Notes: generated by a model from the sequence alone, not told the origin. A stretch of DNA of 64,000 nucleotides from an uncultured Verrucomicrobiae bacterium (GCA_963769025.1 CAVYKI010000012.1:480001-544000); one strand, 5' to 3'. Counted from the first letter of the stretch, positions 10,854-21,955 are shown. Translations and numbers: made by a program.

Positions 10854-13800
10854 TCATGATACCGGGACTGCGTCATTGCGCCACGTTTCGCACCGGGCGC
10901 GAAACGCGGAGAGGAGCGCTTCGCGTTCACGAGGCGAAGCGGCGAGCGCTTCGGCGCATTCCGCCACGACTTGCGCTCCCTCGAGCCATTCGAGTTCACC
11001 AGGCGGGCGCGTCCTTGCATTCGAAGTGCGCTGCCTCCACCGGTTCAGAGGCCGCGCGTCGAATGCCACCCCGCCGCGCTGGCAAAGCCGGACCCAGAAC
11101 AGCCAGTCCGCGCAGAGTCGAATGGAGTCATCCACAAGATCGACGATGCCTTCGAAGTTTCGGAAGACGACCGCGCTCGCGTTGGGGATGGAATTCTTGA
11201 TGGAGAGTGCCGTGCGGATCTCTTCGGTGCCGGTCGCGGTGAAATCCTCCAGCCAGCGCGTCGGGGACAAATCCGAGGTCCACTCCAACGGCAGCCCGAG
11301 GTCGCGGTCCGCGTCGTCAATCATCCGTGACTGCGCATAGGCGAGGACGGCATCGGGGTCGCGTTGGAGCTTCTGAAGGAGCGCGGCAAGCAGCCCGGGT
11401 TCCGCAGAATCATCGGACTCCGCTATCCAGACAAAATGGCCGCGTGCCATCGCGAGTCCCTTGCGCCACTGCTTGAATGTGGATCCGCTGTTCTCGGCGT
11501 TCAGCACGAGCCGCGTGTGCGGGTGGGTGGCGGCAAACGCGCGCAGGATTTCGCGGCTCCCGTCCGTCGAGGCATCATCGAGGAGGAGGATCTCCATCTC
11601 TTGGATTCCCTGGGCCGCGATGGATTCGAGCCTCCTGGTGAGATACGGTGCGTGGTTGTAGTTGGGAACGATGACGGTGACCAGCGGGTGGGAGTCCGGC
11701 GAAGCAGCGGCCTGCGTTCCGCCGCTGGTGATCGTGGTTGCGAGCTGCGCGATGCGGACTGCGGCAGCAGGTGTGGAATGCTCACGGCGGACTTTTTGCC
11801 GTCCCCGTTCGCCAAGCTGCGCGCGGAGTGACTCATCGGCGGCAAGCTTCCGGACCGCCGCTGCAGCCGCGAGCGTGTCGGCGAATGGAACGATGATGCC
11901 GCATTCCTCCGTCCCCACGAAGTGCGGCATCCCGCCGGCGTCGGCAAAGCACACGACCGGGAGTCCGGCATCCGCGGCTTCGAGGGCGACGAGCGGAAAT
12001 GGGTCTTCGCGTGAAGAGAGCAGGAATATCTGGCCCGCGGGGAAGAGACGGCGCGGATCTGCATGCTGGCCGAGAAAGCGTACGCGCCCGGAGAGCCCGT
12101 GGCGTTCGATTGCCTCGTCCAATGCGCTTTTCTCGTCCGCGGAGCCGCCGCCGATCCACGCAAACCGCAATCTCGGTTCGCTCCGGCATTCCGCGGCGAT
12201 TTCAACGAAAAGGTCCGCTCCTTTGCGCCAGTCGGTTGTCCCGCATCCGAAGACGAGGATGTCGTGCGGGGCTGCGCCAAGTTCCGCCCGGAAGCGGGCC
12301 ACGGCTTCGGTGTCGGCTGCCGGGTACTCCGTATCAATGAACTCATGGATGACCGTGATGCTTTCCGGGGCGACCTGATGGCCCGTCCGGAGGTTGGCAG
12401 CCACGGGATCCGAGGCGGCGATGAAATGCTTCGAGTGCTTCAACGTGGCCTCGAAGATGGGTCCCGGAGCCCATCGTTCGATGGATTTCTGGAGTTCGTG
12501 GACGTGGGTGACGACCGGCACGGCCAGCCATTGAAGTTCCTTCAACAGCGGGCCATTCACGACGGTGTTGGAAATGATGAGCCGCGGCCGGGTGAGGAGC
12601 AACGCGCCGAGCGCGGCCTTTCGCTCCTCCGGAGCCGGGTGATCCGCGAGCACGAGCGTCGGGCAGCATGCTTCGAACTCACTCCGCAGTGGCCCGCCTC
12701 CATTCAGGATGAGGCAAAATGGAAACGGGCGGGAGCGCTTCCACTCGCGGAGCAGTGACAGGAGCACATTCTGGGCGCCGGCGCGCTCGGCGTCATGGCC
12801 GATGATGAGGACGGGCGGAGGCAACTGCGTCGGGGAGGGCAGCAGCGCACGGCGCGTTGCATTGAGCCACGCGAAGCCGTGCCTCGCGTCGGGCTCGAGA
12901 TGGCAGCCTTCCCCCCATTCGTTCCAGGCATTGATGAAGGCGATGCGTTCGTCGCCGCAGTGCTGGAGGCGGGTTTCCTGGACGGTGTGACTGAGCCACG
13001 TGAAGTATTCCTCGGGGCTGGAATTCAGGAAGATCGTACCGCGTTCCCTGGTGCGGGCGGTATTGTCCCACGAGGGCATCACACCATGGAAAAGCCGGTA
13101 TTGGGGCGCCGGTTTGAACATCATCCCCATCGCGATCTGCTGATAGTCGTACAGGGTGCCAGTGAATTGGGGAAAGGCAGCGACGTCCTCGCGGGGCAGC
13201 GCGTGCGCACTCATCGCGTTGGGTGGAAATTCCACCGCGGCATCCAGGCCCAACGGGCGGGGATCCGTGAAACCAAATCCCTGGACACCTGCGAGGTAGA
13301 TTTCGCCCAGACCCTCTGCCCGGCATACCTCGCGCCAGCAACGGAATGTGGCGGCGGGATCCGGCAGGAGCAGCGGGCGGTAGATGAGAAAAAGCGGTCG
13401 CCCGTTCACCCGGATGTAACGGGGATCGCGCATCGCCGGCAAGGTATCGCGGATGAACCGCTCGTCCATTTCCAGCGAATGCTCCTGACCGATGAGGATG
13501 TCGTGCTCCATGCCGTCCCATCGGCGGGTCCAGTTCTCGTTCGCCCAGCAGAGGCAAAAGGGGAAATCCGGGACCCCGCTGCGCAAGAACCGCCTGATGG
13601 GCATATCTAGCAGCCGCGTACCGCCGAACCAGTAGTGGTAAAAACAGAAGCCGTGGATGCCGAAGCGCCTCGCGAGTTCCGCCTGCCGCTGCAGCACCGT
13701 CTCGTCCGAAAGGTCGTAGTAATCGACCGTCGGGTGCGGAACCTGGGGCTGATAGTGCCCCGGGAAATTCGGGCGCCCGGCGCGGACGTTCGTCCATTCG

Positions 13801-16502
13801 GTAAAGCCGTCCCCCCACCAGGCATCATTCTCGGGGATGCGATGATATTGCGGAAGGTAGAAGGCGATCAGACGCACGTCAGGCTCCGGCCAGTTGCTTC
13901 CGGCCTCGGGCTCGTAACTGCACAGGGCCGTACTTGCGCGCTTGGGCGAGGTCACACGGTACGTCGCCAGCAATCTGCCCAGGTCGGCACCACTGCGGAG
14001 ATAATGCGCCAGCGGTTGAATTCCTGCCTCAGCGACATCCGGATTATCCCGCAGGTAATTCCGGGTATTGAAACACGGATGCGGGTCGCGTCCTTCGCGC
14101 CAGCCCGTTTCCATGTAGTGGACAAGCGGGTTCACGCCCGCGGCGGCGACATCCGGATACTGCTTGAGATACCACAGGGTGTCGAAAAGAGGGTTCGGAT
14201 TGCGCCCCTCCGCCAGTCCGTTCCTGAAGAAGTGGATGAGCGGATTTTCACCCGACTTGGCCACGTCCGGGTACTGTTCGAGATACCAGCTCGAATCAAA
14301 GCCCGGGCTCGGGTCGCGCCCCTCCTTTGCTCCGATCCGGAGGTAATGGGTCAGCGGGTTTTGCCCGGACGCGGCGACATCCGGATATTGTTCGAGGTAC
14401 CACCGCGTATGAAAGAGCGGGTTCGGGAAACAGCCCTTCGATGCTCCGTCGCACAGATAGTGCAATACCGGATCCTGCCGACCGCGGCGGGGATCCGGAA
14501 CGCGGGCGAAATACCACCGGCCGTCCATCAGGCGCGACTGGTGGATGAGTTCCCAGTCCTCACGCAGACGGCGCAGCCGCCCACTCAAAGGCAGACGCAG
14601 TGCGCGCGGGAGAAGCCATTCCCGAACCGCGGCGCGGCGCTTGGCGATGCTGCGTTTCAGGCGGCTCATGAAGCGTCCGATCCAGCGCAACGGTGCGGAC
14701 AGCCGCCAGAGCAAGGAGGACTTGATTCCACGCAACTCACCTCCCACGAGGGCCAACTCCCGGCGCGTCCCCTCGAGCGCCTGCTGACGCTCTTCTGCGT
14801 CACGACGGAGTGCCTCGATCGCCCGCTGATGCTCCACCATTTCACCACGCGCAGCATCGAGCGCCCGTTGCCGATCCGCCGTTTCGCCACGCGCCTCCTC
14901 CAGCGCGCGCTGGTGCTCCTCGTTTTCACGGTGCATTGCCTCATCAAGCGCCCGCTGGCGCGCTTCCGCGGTGGCACGGGCTGCGTCACGGTCGCGCTGC
15001 TGCCCCGTCATTTCCCCGCGGGCCGCGTCCAGCGCGCGCCGGCTCTCGGCCGTCTCGTTCCGCGCCATCAACAATTCGCGCGAAGCCCTCGTCGCGTCGC
15101 CCTGCGCGGCGTCCATGGCGGCGCGGGCCTCCGCGTGAAGCCGCTTCCACTGGGCGTCGGCCAACTCGAGCTGCGCATTCCGCGAATTCAGGTTCTCGAT
15201 CAGCGCGGCGAGGCTCTGTTTCTCCGCGGCGAGTGCGTGGAGGCGCCGGAGCAGCCCTCCCAGGGCGGCAGTCACACGGAGGGTTACCTCCAAAGTGCAT
15301 GCGGCACCTTCGAAATCCGGGAGCAGCGGCAGCAGGAGCCGGGGATCGCCATCAGTGGCCAGAAGGATGAGAAGATCCCCCTCGTGGCAGGTCAGCACGC
15401 CCGGGGAGTGTTCGATGCGGCGAAATTCCTCCTCCGACGATGCGTCGTACAGGATGGCATTGTCCGCATCGCGCACGATGCGAATGCCGGCCACTTCCAC
15501 GAGCGCGGGCTGATCGACCACATCGATGCGCAGCCTGTGCCCGCAGTTGGCGTGAAGCTGCTCCAGGTGTTCGAACCTCGCGGTCTGCCACTCATCCGGA
15601 GCGATGAATTTGCGGACGGAAAGCGCCTCGGTGTAGCCGGCCCCCCGGTCGGCGAAGATTTGCACGCAGCAGACATCCTGCGGCCGCGGGTTCTCCTCCG
15701 GCTCGCTCTTATACTCAAAGCTGCCGACCGGAATGCCGGGCAAGGGCGCGTCACCACACAACGCAAGCAAGTAGGTGGGCGACGGCAGCTCTTCGGAGAA
15801 CTCCACGGCCTGAAAGTCCCCGGTGAAAAATCCGTACTTCCGCGATTCAGCGCCATCGTTGCCGAAGACCACCGAGGCATGGGAAACCCGCTGCCCGAGC
15901 AGATGGACGTGCGCGAAATGACTGCGGAGCACCTCCGCAAACTCGGCGCGGGAAAGCTCGAGCTGATGAAACGGATTCGCCGCAGCCAGAGTGGCGTGGT
16001 AATTGGAACGCTCGGGCGTCGAGATGAGCAGTTGCCCTCCTTTGCGCAACACGCGCACCACCTCGGCCAGAAACGGCCCGTGTTCCCGGATGTGCTCGAT
16101 GGTCTCGAAACTCACCACGACATCCACGCTGGCATCCGGCAGAGGGATGGCCGTGCAGGAGCCTTCCAAGAAGTTCAGATTGGCGCGGACGTATCTGCCA
16201 CGGGCGTGGTTGACAGCTTCCGGCGAGACATCCACCCCGACCACCGAGCGTGCGCCGGCGGCCAGCAAGTGGCTGCCGTAGCCTTCGCCGCTGGCGATAT
16301 CGAGCACGTCGCGGCCTGCCACCAGCGCAGTCGCGATCGCGTATCGGTGAAGATGTTCCAATGCGACATCCCCCCTCACCGAGGGAACCAGCCGTTCGCC
16401 CGTCCACGGGAGCCCGTCCGATTCCGGTCCAGACGTCGGCGCCGCCGCAAGTCCCCGCGTATCCTCGGGAATATCTCGGCTATCGAGGTTACGATCATCC
16501 AT
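10854..16502 (-). CDS. Giant multidomain glycan biosynthesis protein: SAM methyltransferase, coiled coil, YPDVA repeats, GH99-like/WbsX domain, GT4, GT2
   Basis: WTGER..EHLHRY, VLDIASGEGYG, SFETIEH; heptad region; repeats WYLEQYPDVA..G.NPL.HY; IAFYLPQYH..PEND.WWG.GFTEWTNV, FINAWNEWGEG; SSREDPFPLVALEA; VIVPNYNH..LLDDASTD. Confidence 0.9.
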   Translation of the reverse strand: MDDRNLDSRDIPEDTRGLAAAPTSGPESDGLPWTGERLVPSVRGDVALEHLHRYAIATALVAGRDVLDIASGEGYGSHLLAAGARSVVGVDVSPEAVNHARGRYVRANLNFLEGSCTAIPLPDASVDVVVSFETIEHIREHGPFLAEVVRVLRKGGQLLISTPERSNYHATLAAANPFHQLELSRAEFAEVLRSHFAHVHLLGQRVSHASVVFGNDGAESRKYGFFTGDFQAVEFSEELPSPTYLLALCGDAPLPGIPVGSFEYKSEPEENPRPQDVCCVQIFADRGAGYTEALSVRKFIAPDEWQTARFEHLEQLHANCGHRLRIDVVDQPALVEVAGIRIVRDADNAILYDASSEEEFRRIEHSPGVLTCHEGDLLILLATDGDPRLLLPLLPDFEGAACTLEVTLRVTAALGGLLRRLHALAAEKQSLAALIENLNSRNAQLELADAQWKRLHAEARAAMDAAQGDATRASRELLMARNETAESRRALDAARGEMTGQQRDRDAARATAEARQRALDEAMHRENEEHQRALEEARGETADRQRALDAARGEMVEHQRAIEALRRDAEERQQALEGTRRELALVGGELRGIKSSLLWRLSAPLRWIGRFMSRLKRSIAKRRAAVREWLLPRALRLPLSGRLRRLREDWELIHQSRLMDGRWYFARVPDPRRGRQDPVLHYLCDGASKGCFPNPLFHTRWYLEQYPDVAASGQNPLTHYLRIGAKEGRDPSPGFDSSWYLEQYPDVAKSGENPLIHFFRNGLAEGRNPNPLFDTLWYLKQYPDVAAAGVNPLVHYMETGWREGRDPHPCFNTRNYLRDNPDVAEAGIQPLAHYLRSGADLGRLLATYRVTSPKRASTALCSYEPEAGSNWPEPDVRLIAFYLPQYHRIPENDAWWGDGFTEWTNVRAGRPNFPGHYQPQVPHPTVDYYDLSDETVLQRQAELARRFGIHGFCFYHYWFGGTRLLDMPIRRFLRSGVPDFPFCLCWANENWTRRWDGMEHDILIGQEHSLEMDERFIRDTLPAMRDPRYIRVNGRPLFLIYRPLLLPDPAATFRCWREVCRAEGLGEIYLAGVQGFGFTDPRPLGLDAAVEFPPNAMSAHALPREDVAAFPQFTGTLYDYQQIAMGMMFKPAPQYRLFHGVMPSWDNTARTRERGTIFLNSSPEEYFTWLSHTVQETRLQHCGDERIAFINAWNEWGEGCHLEPDARHGFAWLNATRRALLPSPTQLPPPVLIIGHDAERAGAQNVLLSLLREWKRSRPFPFCLILNGGGPLRSEFEACCPTLVLADHPAPEERKAALGALLLTRPRLIISNTVVNGPLLKELQWLAVPVVTHVHELQKSIERWAPGPIFEATLKHSKHFIAASDPVAANLRTGHQVAPESITVIHEFIDTEYPAADTEAVARFRAELGAAPHDILVFGCGTTDWRKGADLFVEIAAECRSEPRLRFAWIGGGSADEKSALDEAIERHGLSGRVRFLGQHADPRRLFPAGQIFLLSSREDPFPLVALEAADAGLPVVCFADAGGMPHFVGTEECGIIVPFADTLAAAAAVRKLAADESLRAQLGERGRQKVRREHSTPAAAVRIAQLATTITSGGTQAAASPDSHPLVTVIVPNYNHAPYLTRRLESIAAQGIQEMEILLLDDASTDGSREILRAFAATHPHTRLVLNAENSGSTFKQWRKGLAMARGHFVWIAESDDSAEPGLLAALLQKLQRDPDAVLAYAQSRMIDDADRDLGLPLEWTSDLSPTRWLEDFTATGTEEIRTALSIKNSIPNASAVVFRNFEGIVDLVDDSIRLCADWLFWVRLCQRGGVAFDARPLNRWRQRTSNARTRPPGELEWLEGAQVVAECAEALAASPREREALLSAFRARCETWRNDAVPVS
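13975..14530 (-). repeat. About five 36-aa intragenic repeats (F...WYL.QYPDVA..G.NPL.HY...G..EGR.P.P)
   Basis: Visible in the translation of the 10854-16502 CDS. Confidence 0.8.
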
Positions 16503-16594
16503 GAAGTGTCCGGAATCACACACCGCGAGGTCCTGTTTTGCAAGATGGCACTTGGTCCCGGCCGCGCCGTTCGATGCCGCGACGCCCTGCGCGC

Positions 16595-17320
16595 TTACGG
16601 GAGGCGCGCGTAGCCGAAGAGTTCGAAATCCCGCTCGAACAGCCGGTTGATTTTCGCGATGGACCTGGCGTGCATGCGATCGACGTAGCGGTAGCCGTGC
16701 GGATTCGCCGCGGCGCCACCTTCGAGGTCGACGACGTTGCAGTTCACCGGAGGCAGGGGGCCGATATCGGCGCGCTCCAAGAACGTCTGGAAATCCGTCT
16801 CGAAATTCTCCACGCGGCCAATGAAGTCCACCGCCTGCCGTCCCGCGATGTGGGTCCAATAATGCGCGGGATGGAGCGGGAAGTTGGTATTGCGGCCCGC
16901 CTCGTAAATCTGCTCATCGCCGACCAGATCAAGCCACTCGTCGAACTGGAACGAAGCACTGTGAAGCTGGGCGGAATTTTCGGCGAGCTGCCTGAGGACC
17001 AGCTCGCGGATCCACGGCTCTGGAAATGCCGCCCCGGGTTGTTCGCGAATGTCTTTCTGGAGCTGCCGAAACCCGGAATAGACGCGGTCGTACGGGTTGC
17101 GCACAAAGGACGCCGCAAAGTAACCGAGCCTGCCCTCAGGCAGGCTCGCAAAATCAGCACAGGTGAGGTGCTGGTGCACTACACGATTCAGGTGCGCATT
17201 GAAGTCGAAGAATGGGGAGTACGGACTCTCGTTGAAGGGGTCCAGGCGCGCTCCCATCGACGAACTCGCCGTTTTCCACGGCTTGAACATCACAAAGCGC
17301 TTCCGGTGGGAAATGATCAT
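16595..17320 (-). CDS. Sulfotransferase family 2 protein
   Basis: MIISH..RFVMFKPWKTASSS (5'-PSB-like), FVRNPYDRVYS (3'-PB), DFIGRVENF, DFELFGY. Confidence 0.85.
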   Translation of the reverse strand: MIISHRKRFVMFKPWKTASSSMGARLDPFNESPYSPFFDFNAHLNRVVHQHLTCADFASLPEGRLGYFAASFVRNPYDRVYSGFRQLQKDIREQPGAAFPEPWIRELVLRQLAENSAQLHSASFQFDEWLDLVGDEQIYEAGRNTNFPLHPAHYWTHIAGRQAVDFIGRVENFETDFQTFLERADIGPLPPVNCNVVDLEGGAAANPHGYRYVDRMHARSIAKINRLFERDFELFGYARLP

Positions 17321-17540
17321 GGGGCTGCGCCTTGGAATTCCGAAAAATGGCGTCCACTGCAAGTGTGGATCCGCGAGGCCTTCCGCAGATCACAAGCCTT
17401 CCGCGGCTCGGTGACCTCGCTCCGACTCTTTTTGAAACCGGGACCTTATTGCGCTTCCAACATCCGCGGCCGACACGCAATGATTCGACTGATGCTCCAT
17501 GAACTCGGCGAGTCGCCTGGAATGACAGCCGAGTCCCGCA

Positions 17541-18773
17541 ATGCCTGCTAGCACATCAAATCCCAGCCGCGCCCGGACCCGCTTCGCGAGCCGAATCCTC
17601 GCTGCACTCCTGCTGATGCTCAGCCTGCTCGCGATCGAGGGTGTTTCCCGCCTGCTGTTCCCGCTCCCGGAGGAGACCTCGTTCAACCGCGTCAACTACT
17701 CCGAAATGGCGGGCCTCGGCCGTGCGCACGCTCCGCCGCTGGCAAACGCGTCGTTCGTGTGGTCGTCCGCGCCGGATGGCGTTACATTCCGGCACGACTT
17801 GAACGCATACGGTTTCCGCGATCGCACGTGGCCGCTGCGTCCGGAAGCCGGTCGGCGGCGCATCATGTTTGTGGGCGACAGCTTCCTCGAAGGCTTCATG
17901 GCTGAAAACACCCAGACGATTCCCGCAGGGTTCGAAAATGCGGCCGTGAGAGGCGGCCGCAAATTCGAGGTCATGAATCTCGGTATCGGTGCGACCGGGC
18001 CGAAAGATTACTGCAATCTGATCAGGGATGCGGTGCCGCTCTTCAAGCCGGACTGCCTTGTCATCGTTTTCTACGCGAACGACTTTCCGGGGCGACCGTT
18101 CGACCCCGCGTGGTTCGCTCCGACTTTCACGCCAGACTACCGCAACGCCTGGACACCGCGGCTCTACACTGTCGTCAAACGGCTCCGGTCCCACCAACCG
18201 GTGCCCGTCCGCTTCCGGCGCCCGAGCTTCCCGTTCCTCGCTGCAGTCCCGGACCCGCGGAATCCATGGTCCTCCATCGAAACTGCCGCGGCTTACAAAA
18301 AATTCGTGAGCCCGAAAATCGCCGAAGCCATGCAACGCGGCACTTTCAATCCCTCTGCCGTCAATTTGATCGAACGTGACCGGGTGAACCTGACGGCCAG
18401 CACCGAGATGCACCCGCTTCTGGAAGCGCTGCTCGCCTTTGCAAGAACGCATGCGTGCAAATTGTCGGTCGCCTATGTCCCTTCCGCGAATCAAGTGTCG
18501 GACGCGTATCTTCCGTTTCGGAGCGAGTATTCCGAGAACAAGCATCCCGAATCACTCATGGACGAACGCTACCACCTGCACGCCCGCCTGCTGAAATCTG
18601 CGTGCGCACAGTTGAAAATCCCGTTCCTCGATGTCACCCCGCAACTCCGTGAACGTGAAGCCGCGGGCGGGCGAGTGTACTGGAACTACGACCCGCACAT
18701 GCGGGGTGCCTCCTATCTCATGCTCGGAGAGTTGCTCTACGAGTGGTTCTCCTCGATCGATCCCGGCACCTGA
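17541..18773 (+). CDS. SGNH/GDSL hydrolase-family protein (polysaccharide O-acyl modification-like)
   Basis: N-terminal TM, NAYGFRD, FVGDSF, MNLG, YAND, DPH catalytic motif. Confidence 0.8.
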   Translation: MPASTSNPSRARTRFASRILAALLLMLSLLAIEGVSRLLFPLPEETSFNRVNYSEMAGLGRAHAPPLANASFVWSSAPDGVTFRHDLNAYGFRDRTWPLRPEAGRRRIMFVGDSFLEGFMAENTQTIPAGFENAAVRGGRKFEVMNLGIGATGPKDYCNLIRDAVPLFKPDCLVIVFYANDFPGRPFDPAWFAPTFTPDYRNAWTPRLYTVVKRLRSHQPVPVRFRRPSFPFLAAVPDPRNPWSSIETAAAYKKFVSPKIAEAMQRGTFNPSAVNLIERDRVNLTASTEMHPLLEALLAFARTHACKLSVAYVPSANQVSDAYLPFRSEYSENKHPESLMDERYHLHARLLKSACAQLKIPFLDVTPQLREREAAGGRVYWNYDPHMRGASYLMLGELLYEWFSSIDPGT

Positions 18774-18916
18774 CCGGTCGGCGCCGGTTGACCTCGACGC
18801 TGACTTCGGCGCCGCCTGCCCATTCTGCCGCGTTCGAGTGCAGATGACGAACCTATCTGCCTCGCTTTACAGGTAAGCGGGTATCAGTACGAACCCCGGT
18901 TGGGATCCAGCCGTGG

Positions 18917-19846
18917 CTACTGCTGGCCGACAACCGGCGGGAATGGGGATCCGTCAGTCGTGTTGCCCCTGATGTTATTGTTGCCGAGGGAGGTCATTGA
19001 CCCGCCCGCCTGCGTGCCGACTCCGGTGACGTTGTTGAAAATCACGTTGTTACTGATGAACACGGTGGCAGGCGCGCCCGACGAGACGATCCCGAACCCA
19101 CCCGTGTCGTTGATGGTGCAACGACTCACTGTGACCCTGGTCGCGACCGACGCCGGCGTGACCGTCACGCCGTTGTTGTTGTTTCCCGCCAGCACGCAGT
19201 CATCCAGGACCGCCTTGACATTGTCGTCGGCACGGAACCCGAAAAGACAGTCGTTCAGCCTGCTCTTGCTGATGTTCACCGCCACACCGGTCGCGCTGTT
19301 GGGATGGGCGTACACCGCACCACCCGCGCATCCCCGGATGGTTGTGTTCTTGATGGTCACCCCGCACACGGCAGAAGGATTGATGTCGATTCCAAGTCCG
19401 GTGTTCCCCTCGATCGTGCAGTTTTCGACGTTCACCTCGGACGCGTTCAGAATTCGAATGCCATTGATCCCGGTGCCGCCCCCGTGGATGGACAGGCTCC
19501 TCAGGTTCACCTTGATGCCCGCTCCATTGATGATGACTCCATTGGTGCTTGCATTGAGGATACCCGCGAGCGTCCCGTCGCCATTGATAGTGATGTTTTT
19601 CGTGATCGTCACGGCTCCGAAACCGCCTGGGTCCAGAACGCTGATTTCACCGCCAGCAGCGGTCTTGCTGATGGCTCCCGCAAACGTCTTGCAGGGGGCC
19701 GTCCGCGAGCACGGGTTGACGTCGTCTCCCACTCCGGAGACCCATGTGCGCGTGGCTTGGGCATGTGCCGCGATGCTGCCAAGTGCGAATGTGACGAGCG
19801 CGACAAACGCGCCCTTAACGAGACGGGGGAATGATGTGGTTTTCAT
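18917..19846 (-). CDS. Secreted right-handed parallel beta-helix protein
   Basis: Signal peptide then ATRTWVSGVGDDVNPCSRTAPCKTFAGA and Asn/Gly-rich beta-helix repeats. Confidence 0.8.
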   Translation of the reverse strand: MKTTSFPRLVKGAFVALVTFALGSIAAHAQATRTWVSGVGDDVNPCSRTAPCKTFAGAISKTAAGGEISVLDPGGFGAVTITKNITINGDGTLAGILNASTNGVIINGAGIKVNLRSLSIHGGGTGINGIRILNASEVNVENCTIEGNTGLGIDINPSAVCGVTIKNTTIRGCAGGAVYAHPNSATGVAVNISKSRLNDCLFGFRADDNVKAVLDDCVLAGNNNNGVTVTPASVATRVTVSRCTINDTGGFGIVSSGAPATVFISNNVIFNNVTGVGTQAGGSMTSLGNNNIRGNTTDGSPFPPVVGQQ

Positions 19847-20002
19847 GGGCGATTCTTACCCTCCTTTACCAGTTTTTAGCAAGTAAATTTCGGCAGAGTT
19901 GCCGCCGTCAGAAGCCGCTTATTACGACAAACAAATGCCAGCGGAAATGCCGGCGTTTCCCTCCCGCGGCCATGCGATCAAAGCGCGCCTTCCCGCATGC
20001 GG

Positions 20003-20049
20003 GTAGGTGCGATCGCGCGAGCAGACCCGTGCGTCGCGGAAGCTCCTAC
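20003..20049. repeat. GTAG-type REP-like palindrome overlapping the aspS stop
   Basis: GTAGGTGC...GCTCCTAC inverted ends. Confidence 0.45.
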
Positions 20050-21833
20050 GGCTTCTTCGCGGTGCTCTGGATGTAGATCTCGCGGAGCTGCTTGAAGTCC
20101 ACCTCGACGGGCGAGTGGGTCATCAGATCGCAGCCGCGGTTGTTTTTCGGAAATGCGATCACTTCGCGGATGCTGCCCGCGCCGGTGATGAGCATGACGA
20201 GGCGGTCCAGGCCGAGCGCGATGCCGCCGTGCGGCGGCGCGCCGAAGCTGAAGGCCTTCAGCAAATGCGCCGAACTTCACCTGCTGCTCCTCGGCGTTCA
20301 CACCGAGCACCTCGAACAGCTTCGCCTGCAGATCGCGCTCGTGGATGCGGATGCTGCCGCCGCCGAGTTCGACGCCGTTGAGCACGACATCGTACGCGAC
20401 CGCGCGGACCTTGGCGAATTCGCCGGCCTCGAGCGCGGACATGTCCTCGGCCTTCGGGCGCGTGAAGGGATGATGCACGGCGACCCAGTGGTTGTCCTCG
20501 GGCGAAAATGCGAGCAGCGGGAAATCGACGACCCACAGGAAGTTGAGCGCATCGCCGGCGGCCTTGATGAGCCCGAGCAGTTCCGCGCAGCGCAGGCGCA
20601 CGCGGCCGAGCACTTCGCAGACGGGTTCCAGCTTCGCGTCCGCGCCGAAGAAGAGCACGTCGCCCTCGGCGAAGCCCATGCGCTCCGCGAGCGCCTTCTT
20701 CTCGGCGTCGCTGAAAAATTTCACGATGGGCGATTCCCATTCGCCGCCCGACGCTCCACTTGATGTAGGCGAGCCCTTTCGCGCCGCACTCGGTCTTCAC
20801 CCACTCCTCCCATTTCTTGAGCTGCTCCTTGCTGAGCAGCGCCGCCGCGCCCTTCGCGTTGATCGCCTTGATGGTGCCGCCGCCCGACGCGACGGACGCG
20901 AACACCTTGAACTGCGACGCGGCGAAAATGTCCGTGAGTTCGACGAGTTCGAGGCCGAAGCGCGTGTCGGGCTTGTCGGAGCCGAAGCGGGTCATCGCCT
21001 CCGAATACGCCATGCGCGGGAACGGCACCGGGATGTCCACGCCGCGCGATTCCTTGAAAATGCGGCTCAGCAATCCCTCGATGAGCGTCTGGATTTCCTG
21101 CTCGGTGATGAAGGAAGCCTCGACGTCGATCTGCGTGAACTCCGGCTGCCGATCCGCACGCAGGTCCTCGTCGCGGAAGCAGCGCGCGATCTGGAAATAC
21201 TTCTCCAGCCCCGCGACCTGCAGGAGCTGCTTGTACTGCTGCGGCGCCTGCGGCAGCGCGTAGAACGTGCCCGGGTTCAGCCGCGACGGCACGAGGAAGT
21301 CGCGCGCGCCCTCGGGCGTCGGGTTCGAGAGGATCGGCGTCTCGATTTCGAGGAAGCCCTGCTCGTCGAGAAAGTCGCGCGTCGCCTTCACCACGCGATG
21401 GCGCAGCCGGAGGTTTTTCTGCATCGGCGCGGTGCGCAGATCGAGGTAGCGGTATTGCAGGCGCAGATCCTCGTTCACGCTCGGGTCATCGAGCGGGAAA
21501 GGCGGCACTTCGGACTTGTTCAGCACGCGCAGCGCGGAGGCGACGACCTCGATGTCGCCCGTCCCCAGCTTCGCGTTCTCAGTGCCCGGCAGGCGCGGCG
21601 ACACGTTTCCCGTGATCTGAAATCACATCCTCGGCGCGCAGCGCGTGGCTCAGCTCGGAGACCTGCGCAAATTCCTCAGGCCGGAAAACCACCTGCGTGA
21701 GCCCATCGCGATCGCGCAGGTCGATGAAGATGACGCCGCCATGATCGCGCCGCGAATTGATCCAGCCGGCAAGCGTGACGCTCTGGCCGATGTGTTCCTT
21801 GCGAAGGCTGTTGCAGGATGTGGTGCGGTACAT
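20046..21833 (-). CDS. aspS: Aspartate--tRNA(Asp/Asn) ligase, non-discriminating signature; frameshifts near 21610, 20755 and 20265
   Basis: [18 protein letters not shown] (His typical of non-discriminating AspRS), [62 protein letters not shown]. Confidence 0.95.
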
Positions 21834-21955
21834 AAGGGGCGCGGAGGATACGGAGCAAAAGCCGCTTGGCCAGCGCGGAGTGCGCGGACGCCCGCGGCTG
21901 CCATCGTGGCGGAGAAGAAGCAGCGCCGTCCGCGACCCCCTTGCGCCACGTTGCT

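Noticed and set aside
13635..16613. 992-aa plus-strand ORF
   Set aside because: Antisense shadow of the giant glycosyltransferase in GC-rich DNA; no motifs
20046..21833. aspS split over four frames, suggesting a pseudogene or programmed frameshifting
   Set aside because: The gene is essential and all motifs are intact; similar single-base shifts occur in more than ten unrelated genes here, so sequencing error is the simplest explanation
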